This document shows, one piece after another, positions 14,849 through 25,064 of a DNA stretch of 64,000 nucleotides (positions within the stretch are counted from its first letter, which is position 1; every line of letters starts with the position of its first letter). The position numbers were made by a program, and so were the translations under genes. The notes beneath the pieces were generated by a model, which was given only the letters and a program-made list of their open reading frames with translations, was not told the DNA's origin and made no database searches. The DNA is taken from positions 1 through 64,000 of the forward strand of contig JAUCBJ010009141.1 in the NCBI GenBank assembly GCA_032718475.1, read 5' to 3'. Source of the DNA: Nemertoderma westbladi. Lineage: Eukaryota; Animalia; Xenacoelomorpha.

Positions 14849-16770
14849 TAATTGAAGAGATACGCCTATTCCTACTATTGGAAGAGACGGTAACAATACC
14901 TGCAATATCCTACTGTAAAGTTTGTAAATCAAATCATAAATCCGACCTTCTCACCAAAACAGTAAACTCTAAGTAAGCGAATATATTGCAGTATCGATCT
15001 CTTATAACCGGTGAGGCAGAAAACAGTCTACGAGCAGACAAACTTCGATAAAACAAATCCCGCGCAGCGAATCCTAAAATCAGGCTGACTCACTGACGGA
15101 CTAAGAGGCTCGTATACTTTGCCGCGGTGTGATTTATATGGTTGGGCAAAGGGACGCTAGCTAGGTATAGAGCAGATTTGGAGATGTCTAACTAGCGGGC
15201 AAAGCACAGTACGGACAAAGTTAATTTTATATATTTCGAGGTGTAAATAATTTCTAACGCGCGTGTGTTAATTCTGAACGGTCAAAACAGTTTTGCTCCT
15301 TCACATATATAATTACTGGGTACGGTGTGCATTTTACGAATATTCTAATTTTATAACTTGTAGGTCCAATACTCACGAATGGCAAGGTTCCTTCCCCTCT
15401 TGCGTATTTCCAGGACTCAAATTCAGGCATAAGGTTAATACTACGCCCAGAATTCGGCAATTTTAGGTACCGGGTCCCTGATACTAAGAAGAGATGTGTT
15501 AGTTTACTACTGTAGGCGTACAGGTACTAATAGCTATCCTGGCTCCTATCTAGAATTTTAGTCACCCAGGTAGTCCAGGTAACTTCCTATTAGGGCGTTG
15601 GCGGGGACACGGTAGATGTTAGTATATCCCTGATAGCCTCAATTTATTTGCGCCTAGCGTAAACTGCCCTACCGCCTGAACGGTACAATCCTAATTCAGG
15701 TGAAAACACAGCAACCCCCCTAGCCTACAAGTTCTAATGCACTGGACACCGTTGTACGACAAATAGTCGCACACACACCTGTACTTAGCAAGAGTTAAGC
15801 GTACAGTTTGCTGCACCCTAACCAATGTGTATGCCTTGTACCGGTGTGCCTACGTCCTATCTGCGTACTAGTATCGGCCTGCGCTATCCCTCCCCCCGTA
15901 GGAATGTGAAGGTCTACTGTGGGTTTTCCTGAATCAAGACAGTACAGTCCCTATGATGTAATTTTAGGCTTGCAGCGTGTCACTACGTCTACCTTTGATC
16001 TTTTGGTCTTATACTTAGGTAGCAAGGATCGAACGCTGTCTAACCTTTCAGGCGATGGGCGAATAACTCTAGATGGTATTGCGGGTTGTCTCTCGTCTAC
16101 ATTCCCGTGATGTTCCCGTTCATTGCTGCGGCCCGATCTCTAGCCGGCCATCCCGTCCCTGAGTTTGTTCACCGTAGTGAATTCATAGTAAAACAGAAAA
16201 GCTGAGAGAATATTCTGACTTTATTACAGAAGACACAATTATAATACAATGTAATCTGAGAATAAACTAAGCACGACAGAATAAATCTGAGAAGTATAGA
16301 TTGAAGATTGAGAGATTGAAGTATAAAGTATACTAATGAACGAAATCGCACCTTTATATACTAAATTTGTGCCGCAATCAATCGAGAAAATTCTCGATTG
16401 TTCTATGGGTTCTAACAAGGTTTTAAAGATAGCTTATTGGTCCAGCTAATATATAACTTGCACGACATTGGTTACAATCAAATAACTACAGCCTTATTGG
16501 TACAGACAAATGCAATTAATTTGTAGCGGTTAATTTAAATGAGTTGAAATTCTGCACAAAAAATAATTCGCACTTACTAGGATTCGAACTCGATACCTAC
16601 TACACATATAATTTCCAACGCTCTACCAACTGAGCTACTGAACCACTTGACCGATAGATGTACAATAGATAGAACCAATACTAATGAGAACTCAAAGCAA
16701 TCTTTACAAAGTTAATTCGAATAAAATAAAATTTTGAAAATCCACGGCATTTAGGGAATATAATTCTATA
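14849..16770 (-). repeat. 3' LTR (1922 bp)
   Basis: Matches 31571-33492 apart from two substitutions I found (~15759 and ~15950). Preceded on the minus strand by a short purine-rich ATGGAGCGG (putative PPT, 16779-16771). Confidence 0.95.
16572..16644 (-). promoter_or_regulatory. tRNA-derived A/B-box module in U3 of the 3' LTR
   Basis: Minus strand reads GGTTCAGTAGCTCAGTTGGTAGAGCGTTGG...TCGAGTTCGAATCCTAGT. The D-arm (GCTC/GAGC) is intact, and a T6 run lies ~10 nt downstream. Confidence 0.75.
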
Positions 16771-16959
16771 CCGCTCCATGAAAACAGGATATTATCGTGC
16801 ATAAAATATACGGTTTTCACCAATAATCAATCAAACTATAGAATACTTAGGGCGTACTTATATATTTACAATTAAATTTCAAATAATACTTCCTTTCTAC
16901 GTAATGATTCGATACAAAATAATTACAAATTCAAACTTTACGTATTTAAGGCTTTGCTA

Positions 16960-17600
16960 AGTAAGTACAATATAAATCTAAATTAAATTCACCAATATAA
17001 ATCTATTGCATCTCAGATATTGCATAAATTCAAACAATTACAAATACAAATAAATGAAAACAATAAGAAAGGCTCGCAAGTCTTCCATCTACTATTGCAT
17101 CCCAAATATTGCATAAATTCAAGTAATTACAAATACTTTCGTACCTAAATGTAGATTGCATAAGTTTGGAATAATTACAAATATGAGTCTTTCTGAGCAC
17201 AAAATTTTCTGTCTATAAAACTTTCTCTTTAGGTACAAATACTGCTTATAAAATATAAATTGCATAATATTCGGAACAATATAAATTGCATAAGTTCGGA
17301 ATAATCACAAATATAAAATATAAATTCTTACAAATATAAATCTTTCAAATATAAGTCTTTACTTAAATATAAATATAAACTGCATAAGTTTAGAATAATA
17401 TAAACCTTTGCATCTCAAATATGAAACATAAATCTTTCAAATATAAGTTCCTTCTAAACTTTCTAAATTTCATAAATTCGGAACAATACAAATTGCATAA
17501 GTTTGGAATAAGCACAAATATAAAATATAAGTTTTTACTAAATATGAGTCCCTTTCAGAATACAAACTTTCTAAATATAAAACATATAATTTAAATAAAT
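16960..17600. repeat. Degenerate AT-rich direct repeats in the retroelement 3' UTR
   Basis: About eight copies of (A)TTGCATAA(G/A)TT(C/T)(GG)AA-type units interspersed with AAATATAA. Confidence 0.75.
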
Positions 17601-17652
17601 CACAAATCATAAGAAAGGCCCACGAGTCTTCCGTCCACCCTTGCCCTCCCTT

Positions 17653-20622
17653 TTATCGCTTAGTAGATCGAGCCCTGCCGCGTCCTCGAAAACTGCGCAC
17701 AGGTGACTTTGCTCGCGATATGGGACTTGTGGGGCGAGTCACTGGTTTACTTGGGACGTTGAGAGACGGTTCAACTATTTCCTCGCAAATTCGTCTATTT
17801 GGCATCCCAAAACCTCGACCGATTCCTCGTGACCGATCAGTCGTCACTACAGTTGGTAGAACGTCTGGGAACGCGTGAGAAGCGGACGACGCAGACCCGA
17901 GGGTAGCTTGCGCCCCCTGTTGATCAGCTGGTGTATGTCCCGATCCTCCTACCGGTTCTCTTGGAAGTGATACCGTATCCCGAGTAACTCGAATAGTCGG
18001 CTCAACTCCCTTGCGTTCTTCTACATTGATAATTTTCTTCAATTGTTGGCCCACCTTCTGGACCCGTATGATCCTACCCTGCCCGTCCTCCCGAGGGTGA
18101 CGTGCAGACGGCGCAACCGGAGTGGCTGATATGTTCGTCGCCTCTAGGACCTCCTCTTCCTCGAATACGCTCGCTCGTATACGTTTGTGGTAAAACGCAG
18201 CTCGGTACGCCCATGCGACGGTTAACCAAGCTCCTTTATTCCGCTTTTCAGTTCGGAAACGATCAAATTCACCATACGTGATACGATTTACGACTTTCTG
18301 AAAATTCCACGTGTTCTTGTTGTCTGGGTGAATCTGTAATAGATACTCGCGCACCACTCGGAATCCGCTGTCGTGGGGCAAAATATCAACAACCTCGATA
18401 AGTTCGTCATATTGGGGCATAGCGGAGATATATCCTTCCGACATCATCGTCTGAGGGTTTACCGCCCAAAATCCGAGATGCGCTCTCATCGGAAACCGTC
18501 TTCTCTGTGCCGATACATGTTCGTCGGCTAAATCTTCCCACTCATCAAATAACTTCCTCACAAGTTTTACAGATTCGTGTTCATAAGGTATATCTCTCAG
18601 TTGGCATTCAGATGCTCGATGTCCCTTTATATTGCAGTAAGTACATTGAGCCATAAATCTCCAGCAAGTATAAAAGGTATGAGACCCTTGATCCCCACAC
18701 CATCCACAGATTAGCTGAGTCGTAGTAATGTGCTTTCCACTGCACTTTGCCATATGATGTCCAGCGACGCCACATTTACTACACATCGTATTGGCAGGGT
18801 ACCACACTCGTTCGTATATAAGATCTCCAATCGGTCGAGCGCTTCCTCCCATACTATAATCGTAATCATCTGGGTCTATGGGTTGGTAGGTCTCTGAAGG
18901 TTGTATACAAACTATAGCATCTGTTGCTTCAAGTTGTCGAATCTCCGTCTGAGATTTCTTCGGGAGGTTCCTTTCTATCTCAAGAAGTTCCTCTAAAGGA
19001 TCGTCGGCGATCGTAGTAGTTACTTCGAATTCATCACCAAGGTGACCGATAGGCGCGCGCGTCTGCCGTGATTCATCCGTAATCTCCACGATACGTTCTC
19101 CTTCATAGGGTAACAATGTAAACATAGATGGTCTTTCGATAAGAGATCCCGCACAGCGAAGATACACGTCTCGAAATATACTAAATCCTGCTCGAGTAAA
19201 GGCATTACACTGAGCGTCGGAGTTGTAGAAGGGTTCAAGGAATCGTCTAAACACGTCGGTACGAATTCTCCCTTCCATGTAGAACGTATGATCTTCTCCG
19301 AGACAAAGTGGATGTCTTTTGAGAGTCCGAGACACAATGTCGGCGATTAGGCAAACATTCACTGACGACTCTATTGCTAAATAATATTGTAAGACCGCTC
19401 TTGGAGGTGACGTAATAGCCCAATACACGCATCCTCTCCATTTAAGCTGTGATTCAAACTCACTCATATCTGGAGTATCACCTTCTCCATAAGTTTCAAT
19501 ATACTTGTTTCTTTTACCTTCTTTATAATCCCAATTGAATAACAGGTAGGAAATGTATCCAGTTCCAGTCTTCTGAGTATTATACTCACGAAAATATCCC
19601 TGTTCTATAGACCACAGAATAAGAGGTCGAGTGTCGACGTATGGTGTCGGTAGTCGGTCATCGCTGTCCGTCATGCCGGCGAAGTCGCTAATTAAATCCT
19701 CCCTTACTCCTGATCCAACCTTTACAACAGTTTTATCTAAAATCATGTTTCTTACCATCTTCGGTAGCATTCTAGCGTCAATATTACAAGCTTGGTCCAT
19801 CTTCTTTACTATATCGGTGATAAGATGGTGTCGCTTTGTATTCGCTGGAGGTATCGGCATTCGTTTGTCGCTCCTCTGTCTACTGAAAACGTGCAGGACT
19901 CCGTCCGCCGCTCTAATCTGTATAGTCTTAGAAGTCAAACTCTGCTGATGACTGCCGCCCTCGTTATCGTAAAACATATAGCCGTTTTCCTGAAACGATC
20001 TAAACGTCCTAGTCCATTCATCCAACAATTCTTCCGAAGGTTGCCAAATCTTCTCTATATCCTTATCCTCATCGAAACGAATAACCTTACCTCGCCAATC
20101 TGCGGCAATATCTGTATCCGACTCGAAGGTTCCGATTCCAATCCATAAACGAATCGTCTTGGTTAGATATCCTTTCAGATTACTCGGAGCTATGTCGGCG
20201 CCAGCTCTATCCAGTTCCTTAAAATCTTGGATATGAGGTGGAACGTTGTTCACGACCTTTTGAGTAATATGTCTACGTAAATCGTATATCTTACTCATAT
20301 CGCTGAAAACAACTGCAGGAAGAAACTCCAAGTTCGAAATGATTTCTGGATGATCCACGATGGGTATTTCGTACGTCGTATCCTGTCGGACTGGTATACT
20401 AATAGGGAAATTGAGTGTCGTACTCAATGGTTTCGTAGCTGAAGTACTATACGGTTGCATTTCTCTTGGCCTCTCCGGGGATGCAATCTGTAGTCTCTGA
20501 ATAACGTTTTGAGCGAAGTTTATGCTCTCGAAAACTTCCGGTGTCATCTCCTTAGCTGAAGTTTGATCGTGTGACGTCCAATGGCAAGGTAGGCTCGCGA
20601 GTCTTCCACCCCATTCTTCCAT
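17653..20622 (-). CDS. Accessory ORF3, C-terminal part: DEDDy 3'-5' exonuclease (WRN/EXD/Mut-7/RNase D-like) plus three CCHC zinc knuckles and an RG-rich tail
   Basis: 989-aa ORF. ExoI-like FYDNEG; TIQIRA; LPKMVRNMILDKTVVKVGSGVREDL (ExoII, matching the WRN-type LPxxLxxLLxDxxIxKVGxGxxxD); YVDTRPL; ExoIII-like LQYYLAIES. Knuckles CSKCGVAGHHMAKC, CGWCGDQGSHTFYTC and CTYCNIKGHRASEC. The frame is open upstream to 20703. Confidence 0.8.
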   Translation of the reverse strand: MEEWGGRLASLPCHWTSHDQTSAKEMTPEVFESINFAQNVIQRLQIASPERPREMQPYSTSATKPLSTTLNFPISIPVRQDTTYEIPIVDHPEIISNLEFLPAVVFSDMSKIYDLRRHITQKVVNNVPPHIQDFKELDRAGADIAPSNLKGYLTKTIRLWIGIGTFESDTDIAADWRGKVIRFDEDKDIEKIWQPSEELLDEWTRTFRSFQENGYMFYDNEGGSHQQSLTSKTIQIRAADGVLHVFSRQRSDKRMPIPPANTKRHHLITDIVKKMDQACNIDARMLPKMVRNMILDKTVVKVGSGVREDLISDFAGMTDSDDRLPTPYVDTRPLILWSIEQGYFREYNTQKTGTGYISYLLFNWDYKEGKRNKYIETYGEGDTPDMSEFESQLKWRGCVYWAITSPPRAVLQYYLAIESSVNVCLIADIVSRTLKRHPLCLGEDHTFYMEGRIRTDVFRRFLEPFYNSDAQCNAFTRAGFSIFRDVYLRCAGSLIERPSMFTLLPYEGERIVEITDESRQTRAPIGHLGDEFEVTTTIADDPLEELLEIERNLPKKSQTEIRQLEATDAIVCIQPSETYQPIDPDDYDYSMGGSARPIGDLIYERVWYPANTMCSKCGVAGHHMAKCSGKHITTTQLICGWCGDQGSHTFYTCWRFMAQCTYCNIKGHRASECQLRDIPYEHESVKLVRKLFDEWEDLADEHVSAQRRRFPMRAHLGFWAVNPQTMMSEGYISAMPQYDELIEVVDILPHDSGFRVVREYLLQIHPDNKNTWNFQKVVNRITYGEFDRFRTEKRNKGAWLTVAWAYRAAFYHKRIRASVFEEEEVLEATNISATPVAPSARHPREDGQGRIIRVQKVGQQLKKIINVEERKGVEPTIRVTRDTVSLPREPVGGSGHTPADQQGAQATLGSASSASHAFPDVLPTVVTTDRSRGIGRGFGMPNRRICEEIVEPSLNVPSKPVTRPTSPISRAKSPVRSFRGRGRARSTKR

Positions 20623-21368
20623 CTCACCTTTCTCGAAAGCCTTGTAGGCTCTGTATAGGCTAAGAGCTTCTTTCTTTTCGCGGGTTGACTGATTCGCGTA
20701 AGTTCAAATACATCGGGTTCAACAACCTTAGGTGGGTAAATGACAGTTTCTCCCGCCTTTGGTCCGGTCATAGCAAATGAATGATATGGATTCGATAAAG
20801 GATACCCTCCTTCCTGGTAGCGTAGTTGTTGATGATTCGAACACCTCGCCAATATCGGTTCGGGATTTTCCTTATTCAAACGCATCGGAATCGCATTTCG
20901 TTGTTCGCGCATACAAGAACCGCATTGATAATAAAGTTTATAAACTGAAAATGCTTCCTTGGTTTCTCTATCGTCCCCTCGAGTTCGTCTGTAAAGATGC
21001 ATTCCATCGAATTCATCGCGTACCGCAGGCATAGGTTCGTGCGCCTTTAGGTATTGCATGGTATGATACAAACGACTAATTTCAGTATCGGGGTCTTCGC
21101 TAATGTCTCCCGTATCACACAAAGCATCGTACGGGTAAAGTTCATTGAAGGTTTGGCGCAAACTTTCGATTCTTTCGTTCAATGCGTTTTGCCTTCTCTT
21201 TAATACGTTCGAGACATATTTAGTTCTCGCGAGTTTCGCTGTACTTTCCGATAATTCTTTTATACCAAATATAGTGTAATCCTTGGCTCCAAATCTTTCG
21301 AATGGCGCTGCTGCCTCCTCTTGGATATCATATCCCCATCTCGGCTCTCCTTGTATCCCTTTCTCCAT
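20544..21368 (-). CDS. Accessory ORF3, N-terminal part (unknown function), probably joined to 17653-20622 across a 1-nt frameshift at ~20700
   Basis: 274-aa ATG-initiated ORF overlapping the next ORF. It is preceded by a branch point, pyrimidine tract and AG acceptor at ~21430-21399. Confidence 0.7.
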   Translation of the reverse strand: MEKGIQGEPRWGYDIQEEAAAPFERFGAKDYTIFGIKELSESTAKLARTKYVSNVLKRRQNALNERIESLRQTFNELYPYDALCDTGDISEDPDTEISRLYHTMQYLKAHEPMPAVRDEFDGMHLYRRTRGDDRETKEAFSVYKLYYQCGSCMREQRNAIPMRLNKENPEPILARCSNHQQLRYQEGGYPLSNPYHSFAMTGPKAGETVIYPPKVVEPDVFELTRISQPAKRKKLLAYTEPTRLSRKVRWKNGVEDSRAYLAIGRHTIKLQLRR

Positions 21369-22034
21369 AATTAGGGTGTAGTTACATAATCATTACTACT
21401 AGAGGGAATACAACAGAGTTTGTAGTTAGTTGTGAGGAGACGTGAGAGTTTCGTCTGCCCTTTGGGCTCGACAACGCTCTAACCTCCTACCCATAGCCTA
21501 AGATCTAGGGTTTCTTTAATGACACGCTGCTTCTTATCTAAAATTTTTTGCCGAAGTAAAAACGAATTTGGGCTAAACTGGCCGTGAGTCTAAAATACTC
21601 ACCTTTTGATCCCAAACTATTATCAGAAAATAAGCAATCAAAAATTAGTAATAAATATAGGGGAGTCTATTTTGACGTAACTTATTGAAACAAGACCGTG
21701 TAAAATTTAATTAAAATTTTAAGAAAGGCTCGCAAGTCTTCCTCTCTTGTTTCTCTAATTTTAAGTTCCACCCGACTGTACCCTGAAATCTATTCACTGG
21801 AGAAAATTTTAAAAATTTTTTTTTTTTTCAAATCCAAATGGATTGTCTAAAATTTCGAAAATGTCTCAATATTGTGAGTTCCAAGTAGAATTCCATTTCT
21901 TATACCTACAAATCCCGCTCCTATGTGACACATAAGGGTACTACCCTCAATGTTCACATATAAAGACAATGGAATTCTACCGCTGTCCTTACTACGGTGT
22001 ACAGGTACGTGGAAATCTATTTGTAAACTCCTAA

Positions 22035-24629
22035 TTATTTACTTGTATTAGGTGGAGATTTGTAGTCTCCAGACTCGTTACGAGTCTCTTCAAGAAGTAC
22101 GAGACGTTGAGTCGGTCTGTCTACTGTACGACCGTCAATTGTCCGTACCGTCACAGTCCTTGTCACTCCATCCATAGATGGATGTGTGGCTAAAATGACA
22201 CCTGTTATCCAGAAGCGTCTTTTTAGATTCACTTCTGCCAACAGCACGTGATCTCCCGGCTTTAATGCGCGGGTGTTATTATACCAGTTTGTTCTGGCAG
22301 AAATAGAGGGCAAATAATGGTTTTGCCATATTTCCCAGAATTTGTTAGCCAGTAGTTGCGTGATTTTCCACGCTTTTCTACCGTAACTATCGCTTTCCAT
22401 TGGAATGGAAATCGGCGTCAATGTGGTCGGTGCCTGCATAAGCAGGTGTGCTGGTGTTAAAGCGAACTGAGATTGTTTGTCATCGGGTACTAATACTATT
22501 GGTCTAGTATTTAGTATTGCCTCGATTTCAACAAACAATGTTGTCAGTTGGTCGTCTGTCAGTATGTGGTTTACTGGAATGACTTTTGCCATGGCTGTCT
22601 TTATAGATCTAATCAATCTCTCCCAGACTCCGCCTCTCCAAGGACTATCTGGAGGATTAAACTTCCAAACAATCTTGTGAGGTTGCAGTTCGTTCGAGAT
22701 TTGATCATGATCTAATTTCTTAAAGGCTCTAGCAATCTCATTCCGAGCACCAACAAAGTTTGTCCCTTGGTCTGAGTACAAGCATTTTACTAGTCCGCGT
22801 CTAGCGATAAATCGCCGCAGTGCTAGTATAAACGCGTTGGTGGAAAGATCCATCACACGTTCAATATGAACTGCCCTACTGGACATACATGTGAAAATCA
22901 GTCCCCAGCGTTTTACTAGTATACGTCCACGTTTCGTATGTATGGGACCAAAGCAATCAATTCCAGTCTCTGTAAAAGGTGGTCTGAATGCTTGAAGTCG
23001 TGCTTGTGGTAGTTCACTCATTTCTTGGGTACCTATTCTAGAATGTACCTTTTTACAAATAATACACGTACGTGTCACTGAACTTAACGCTTTACTGGGT
23101 CTAATTAATACAAATCTAGTACGTAAGTAGGAAAGACAGTGGTGTCTTCCAGCGTGTTTCAGATGTAAATGTGCGTCCAGTATCATTGCACGTTGTAGTT
23201 CGTGGTGTTGCGGTATTATTATTGGGTACCTAAAGTTTGTGTTAAAGTCAATGTTTTGAAGCCGAGATTTATGACAAATTAAGCCATTATAAATAATCGG
23301 ACTCCAACTCAGTATCGGTGACGACTTGATTGGTTGACCTTGATGTATAGATGTGAATTCGCGCGCGAAATATCGCAGTTGGTAATGGCGAATTAATTTA
23401 ATCTCACACCTGTCAATCTCAGCCAATGTAAGTCGACGTGGAAAGTCGCGTTTGCCTTTAATGTATTGTACGAAACGTACAATCCACGCTAATTTTCGGC
23501 AAGCGTTTGTCCAAGAGTCTGTTAAGTTTACAATACGGTCGACGTAAGTATTTGTGACGTCATCAGGTAAGTCAATGGAGAATTTGGAAGGTTTTGAATT
23601 ACTAGAAGGGCCCACGGGTCCGCCGGTAAGTATTCCCTTGTTGACTGTTGATCCGTCCGGGTCTACAAGTAATTTGTCCTCCTTTGTCTTCTTATCTTGA
23701 TTGTCAGTACTTTGTAAGTCGATCGTTAATGGTGGTTTGAACTCTATGGGGTCAGCAGGTTTTGGTAAGCTTAATTTTCTGCCGACATTAATCCCAGGTT
23801 TCACCATAGGTTGTAAGTTCGGTATGTCTCTTGAGCGCAGAGTAACACCTGTATTTACATTAGCGTAGGTACTACCCACATCTGTAATACATGAGGTTTC
23901 ACCGTGCTTATGGTTGCTCAAGTGTGTCAAAATTGGTAGTTTGTCAATACAAGGCCGCTCCAATAGGGAAACTGCGGCTTTATTGTTAGTCGATACATTA
24001 CTAGTGTCTAGTCGACTGTCTAGTAATGTGTCTGGCGATACGTCTGGTAACGTATCTAGTTGTTTGTCAATAGAAGGCCGCTCCAATAGGGAAACTGCGG
24101 CTTTACTGTTTGTCAGTGTGTTACTAACGTCTGGTGGAACATTTTGTGACATGTCTGTCAAAACGTCTGGTTGACCGTCTGGCGATATGTCTGGTGTAGA
24201 AAGGCTCGCAAGTCTTCCTCTCTTGACCTTTGAAGTTATATCTTTCCATTTCGCCTTCGGTTTTTTCTTGAGTTTTGCCGCCGTCGTCCTTTTCTTTGTC
24301 TTCCCCTTTTTTGGTTTCTTGATTTCGGCGTCCTTAGGAATGGTGTTGGACTTGTTGTCGTATAACGGAGGCCAATCTTGTGTCGATTTCTGCAAGAACT
24401 GGGGTCCGTGTTGCCAAAACTCTTTGTTCTCCGGTTTACAGAATTCCTCTGGCATCATTCCTCGCGACGCAATATCAGCTGGGTTTTGTGGTCTTGGACA
24501 ATGTCGCCAATCCTCTTTTATTGAACGGTCTAGAATTTCCGCGCGACGGTTAGCTACGAATGTCTTGAATTCGAGTGTGTCGTTGTTTATGTAAAATAAA
24601 ACTAACGTCGCGTCAGTCCAATGAAATAT
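22035..24629 (-). CDS. pol: Pol C-terminal part: end of RNase H, low-complexity insert, integrase
   Basis: In frame upstream of the listed 807-aa ORF: IFHWTDA...FVANRRAEI...WRHCPRPQNPADIASRG (Pao RNase H). Integrase motifs HLHLKH...CIIC, IDCFGP, YSDQGTNFVG and GGVWERLIRSIK. Confidence 0.93.
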   Translation of the reverse strand: MFHWTDATLVLFYINNDTLEFKTFVANRRAEILDRSIKEDWRHCPRPQNPADIASRGMMPEEFCKPENKEFWQHGPQFLQKSTQDWPPLYDNKSNTIPKDAEIKKPKKGKTKKRTTAAKLKKKPKAKWKDITSKVKRGRLASLSTPDISPDGQPDVLTDMSQNVPPDVSNTLTNSKAAVSLLERPSIDKQLDTLPDVSPDTLLDSRLDTSNVSTNNKAAVSLLERPCIDKLPILTHLSNHKHGETSCITDVGSTYANVNTGVTLRSRDIPNLQPMVKPGINVGRKLSLPKPADPIEFKPPLTIDLQSTDNQDKKTKEDKLLVDPDGSTVNKGILTGGPVGPSSNSKPSKFSIDLPDDVTNTYVDRIVNLTDSWTNACRKLAWIVRFVQYIKGKRDFPRRLTLAEIDRCEIKLIRHYQLRYFAREFTSIHQGQPIKSSPILSWSPIIYNGLICHKSRLQNIDFNTNFRYPIIIPQHHELQRAMILDAHLHLKHAGRHHCLSYLRTRFVLIRPSKALSSVTRTCIICKKVHSRIGTQEMSELPQARLQAFRPPFTETGIDCFGPIHTKRGRILVKRWGLIFTCMSSRAVHIERVMDLSTNAFILALRRFIARRGLVKCLYSDQGTNFVGARNEIARAFKKLDHDQISNELQPHKIVWKFNPPDSPWRGGVWERLIRSIKTAMAKVIPVNHILTDDQLTTLFVEIEAILNTRPIVLVPDDKQSQFALTPAHLLMQAPTTLTPISIPMESDSYGRKAWKITQLLANKFWEIWQNHYLPSISARTNWYNNTRALKPGDHVLLAEVNLKRRFWITGVILATHPSMDGVTRTVTVRTIDGRTVDRPTQRLVLLEETRNESGDYKSPPNTSK

Positions 24630-25064
24630 CTATAAACTCGACTGTAGTTCTGTCTGTATGAGGTTCACGATGGTGGTTGACAGGGTCGCGGCTTGTAGCT
24701 CGGCTCGTGGTGTCGTCATATACTTAGTAGGCATGGTCTTAGCCTTAGAAGTAATGAGCGAAACATCGAACTCGTCCGATTCTACTTGTCTGCGCAAATA
24801 CGCTGCCACACCAAAACCGTTGTCACTGGCGTCAGAAAAACAGTGTAGTTCCAAGTTGTCAGGAAATGTACTCTGTAATGGAAAGTAAACCCTGGGTATG
24901 AAATAATCCTCTAGTGAAGATAATTCCGCCTCCCAGGTCTTCCATAAGTCCACTTGGTCTGATGAGATCGGCTCGTCCCATGTTAGTCCATCCTTCCATA
25001 TACTGCGCATATAAATGCGGGCTTGCAGTATCACTGGACTGATGAATCCTAACGGATCGAACAA
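24630..25064 (-). CDS. pol: Pol middle part (Pao connection/RNase H N-half), bounded by two in-frame stops
   Basis: FDPLGFISPV, LTWDEP, LHCFSDAS, SKAK and TPRAELQAA motifs. Same frame as the flanking ORFs, with TGA at 25067-25065 and TAG at 24632-24630. Confidence 0.92.
   Translation of the reverse strand: MFDPLGFISPVILQARIYMRSIWKDGLTWDEPISSDQVDLWKTWEAELSSLEDYFIPRVYFPLQSTFPDNLELHCFSDASDNGFGVAAYLRRQVESDEFDVSLITSKAKTMPTKYMTTPRAELQAATLSTTIVNLIQTELQSSL

Noticed and set aside
15254-16351. Small ORFs inside the LTRs (also 31976-33073, 622-999 and 1498-1680)
   Set aside because: Short, with non-ATG starts and no domain; duplicated only because the LTR is.
16572-16644. Functional tRNA gene, or an element-encoded tRNA primer
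   Set aside because: Acceptor, anticodon and T stems do not pair, and the 3' end is not complementary to the post-LTR sequence.
20488-20627. Intron joining the two accessory ORFs (AAG|GTGAGA donor at 20627)
   Set aside because: The nearest CAG acceptor (72 nt) keeps the stop-containing frame, and the protein-repeat evidence places the frame switch upstream at ~20700. Not fully excluded.
17653-21368. env gene
   Set aside because: No evident signal peptide or transmembrane anchor; the motifs are exonuclease and zinc knuckle.
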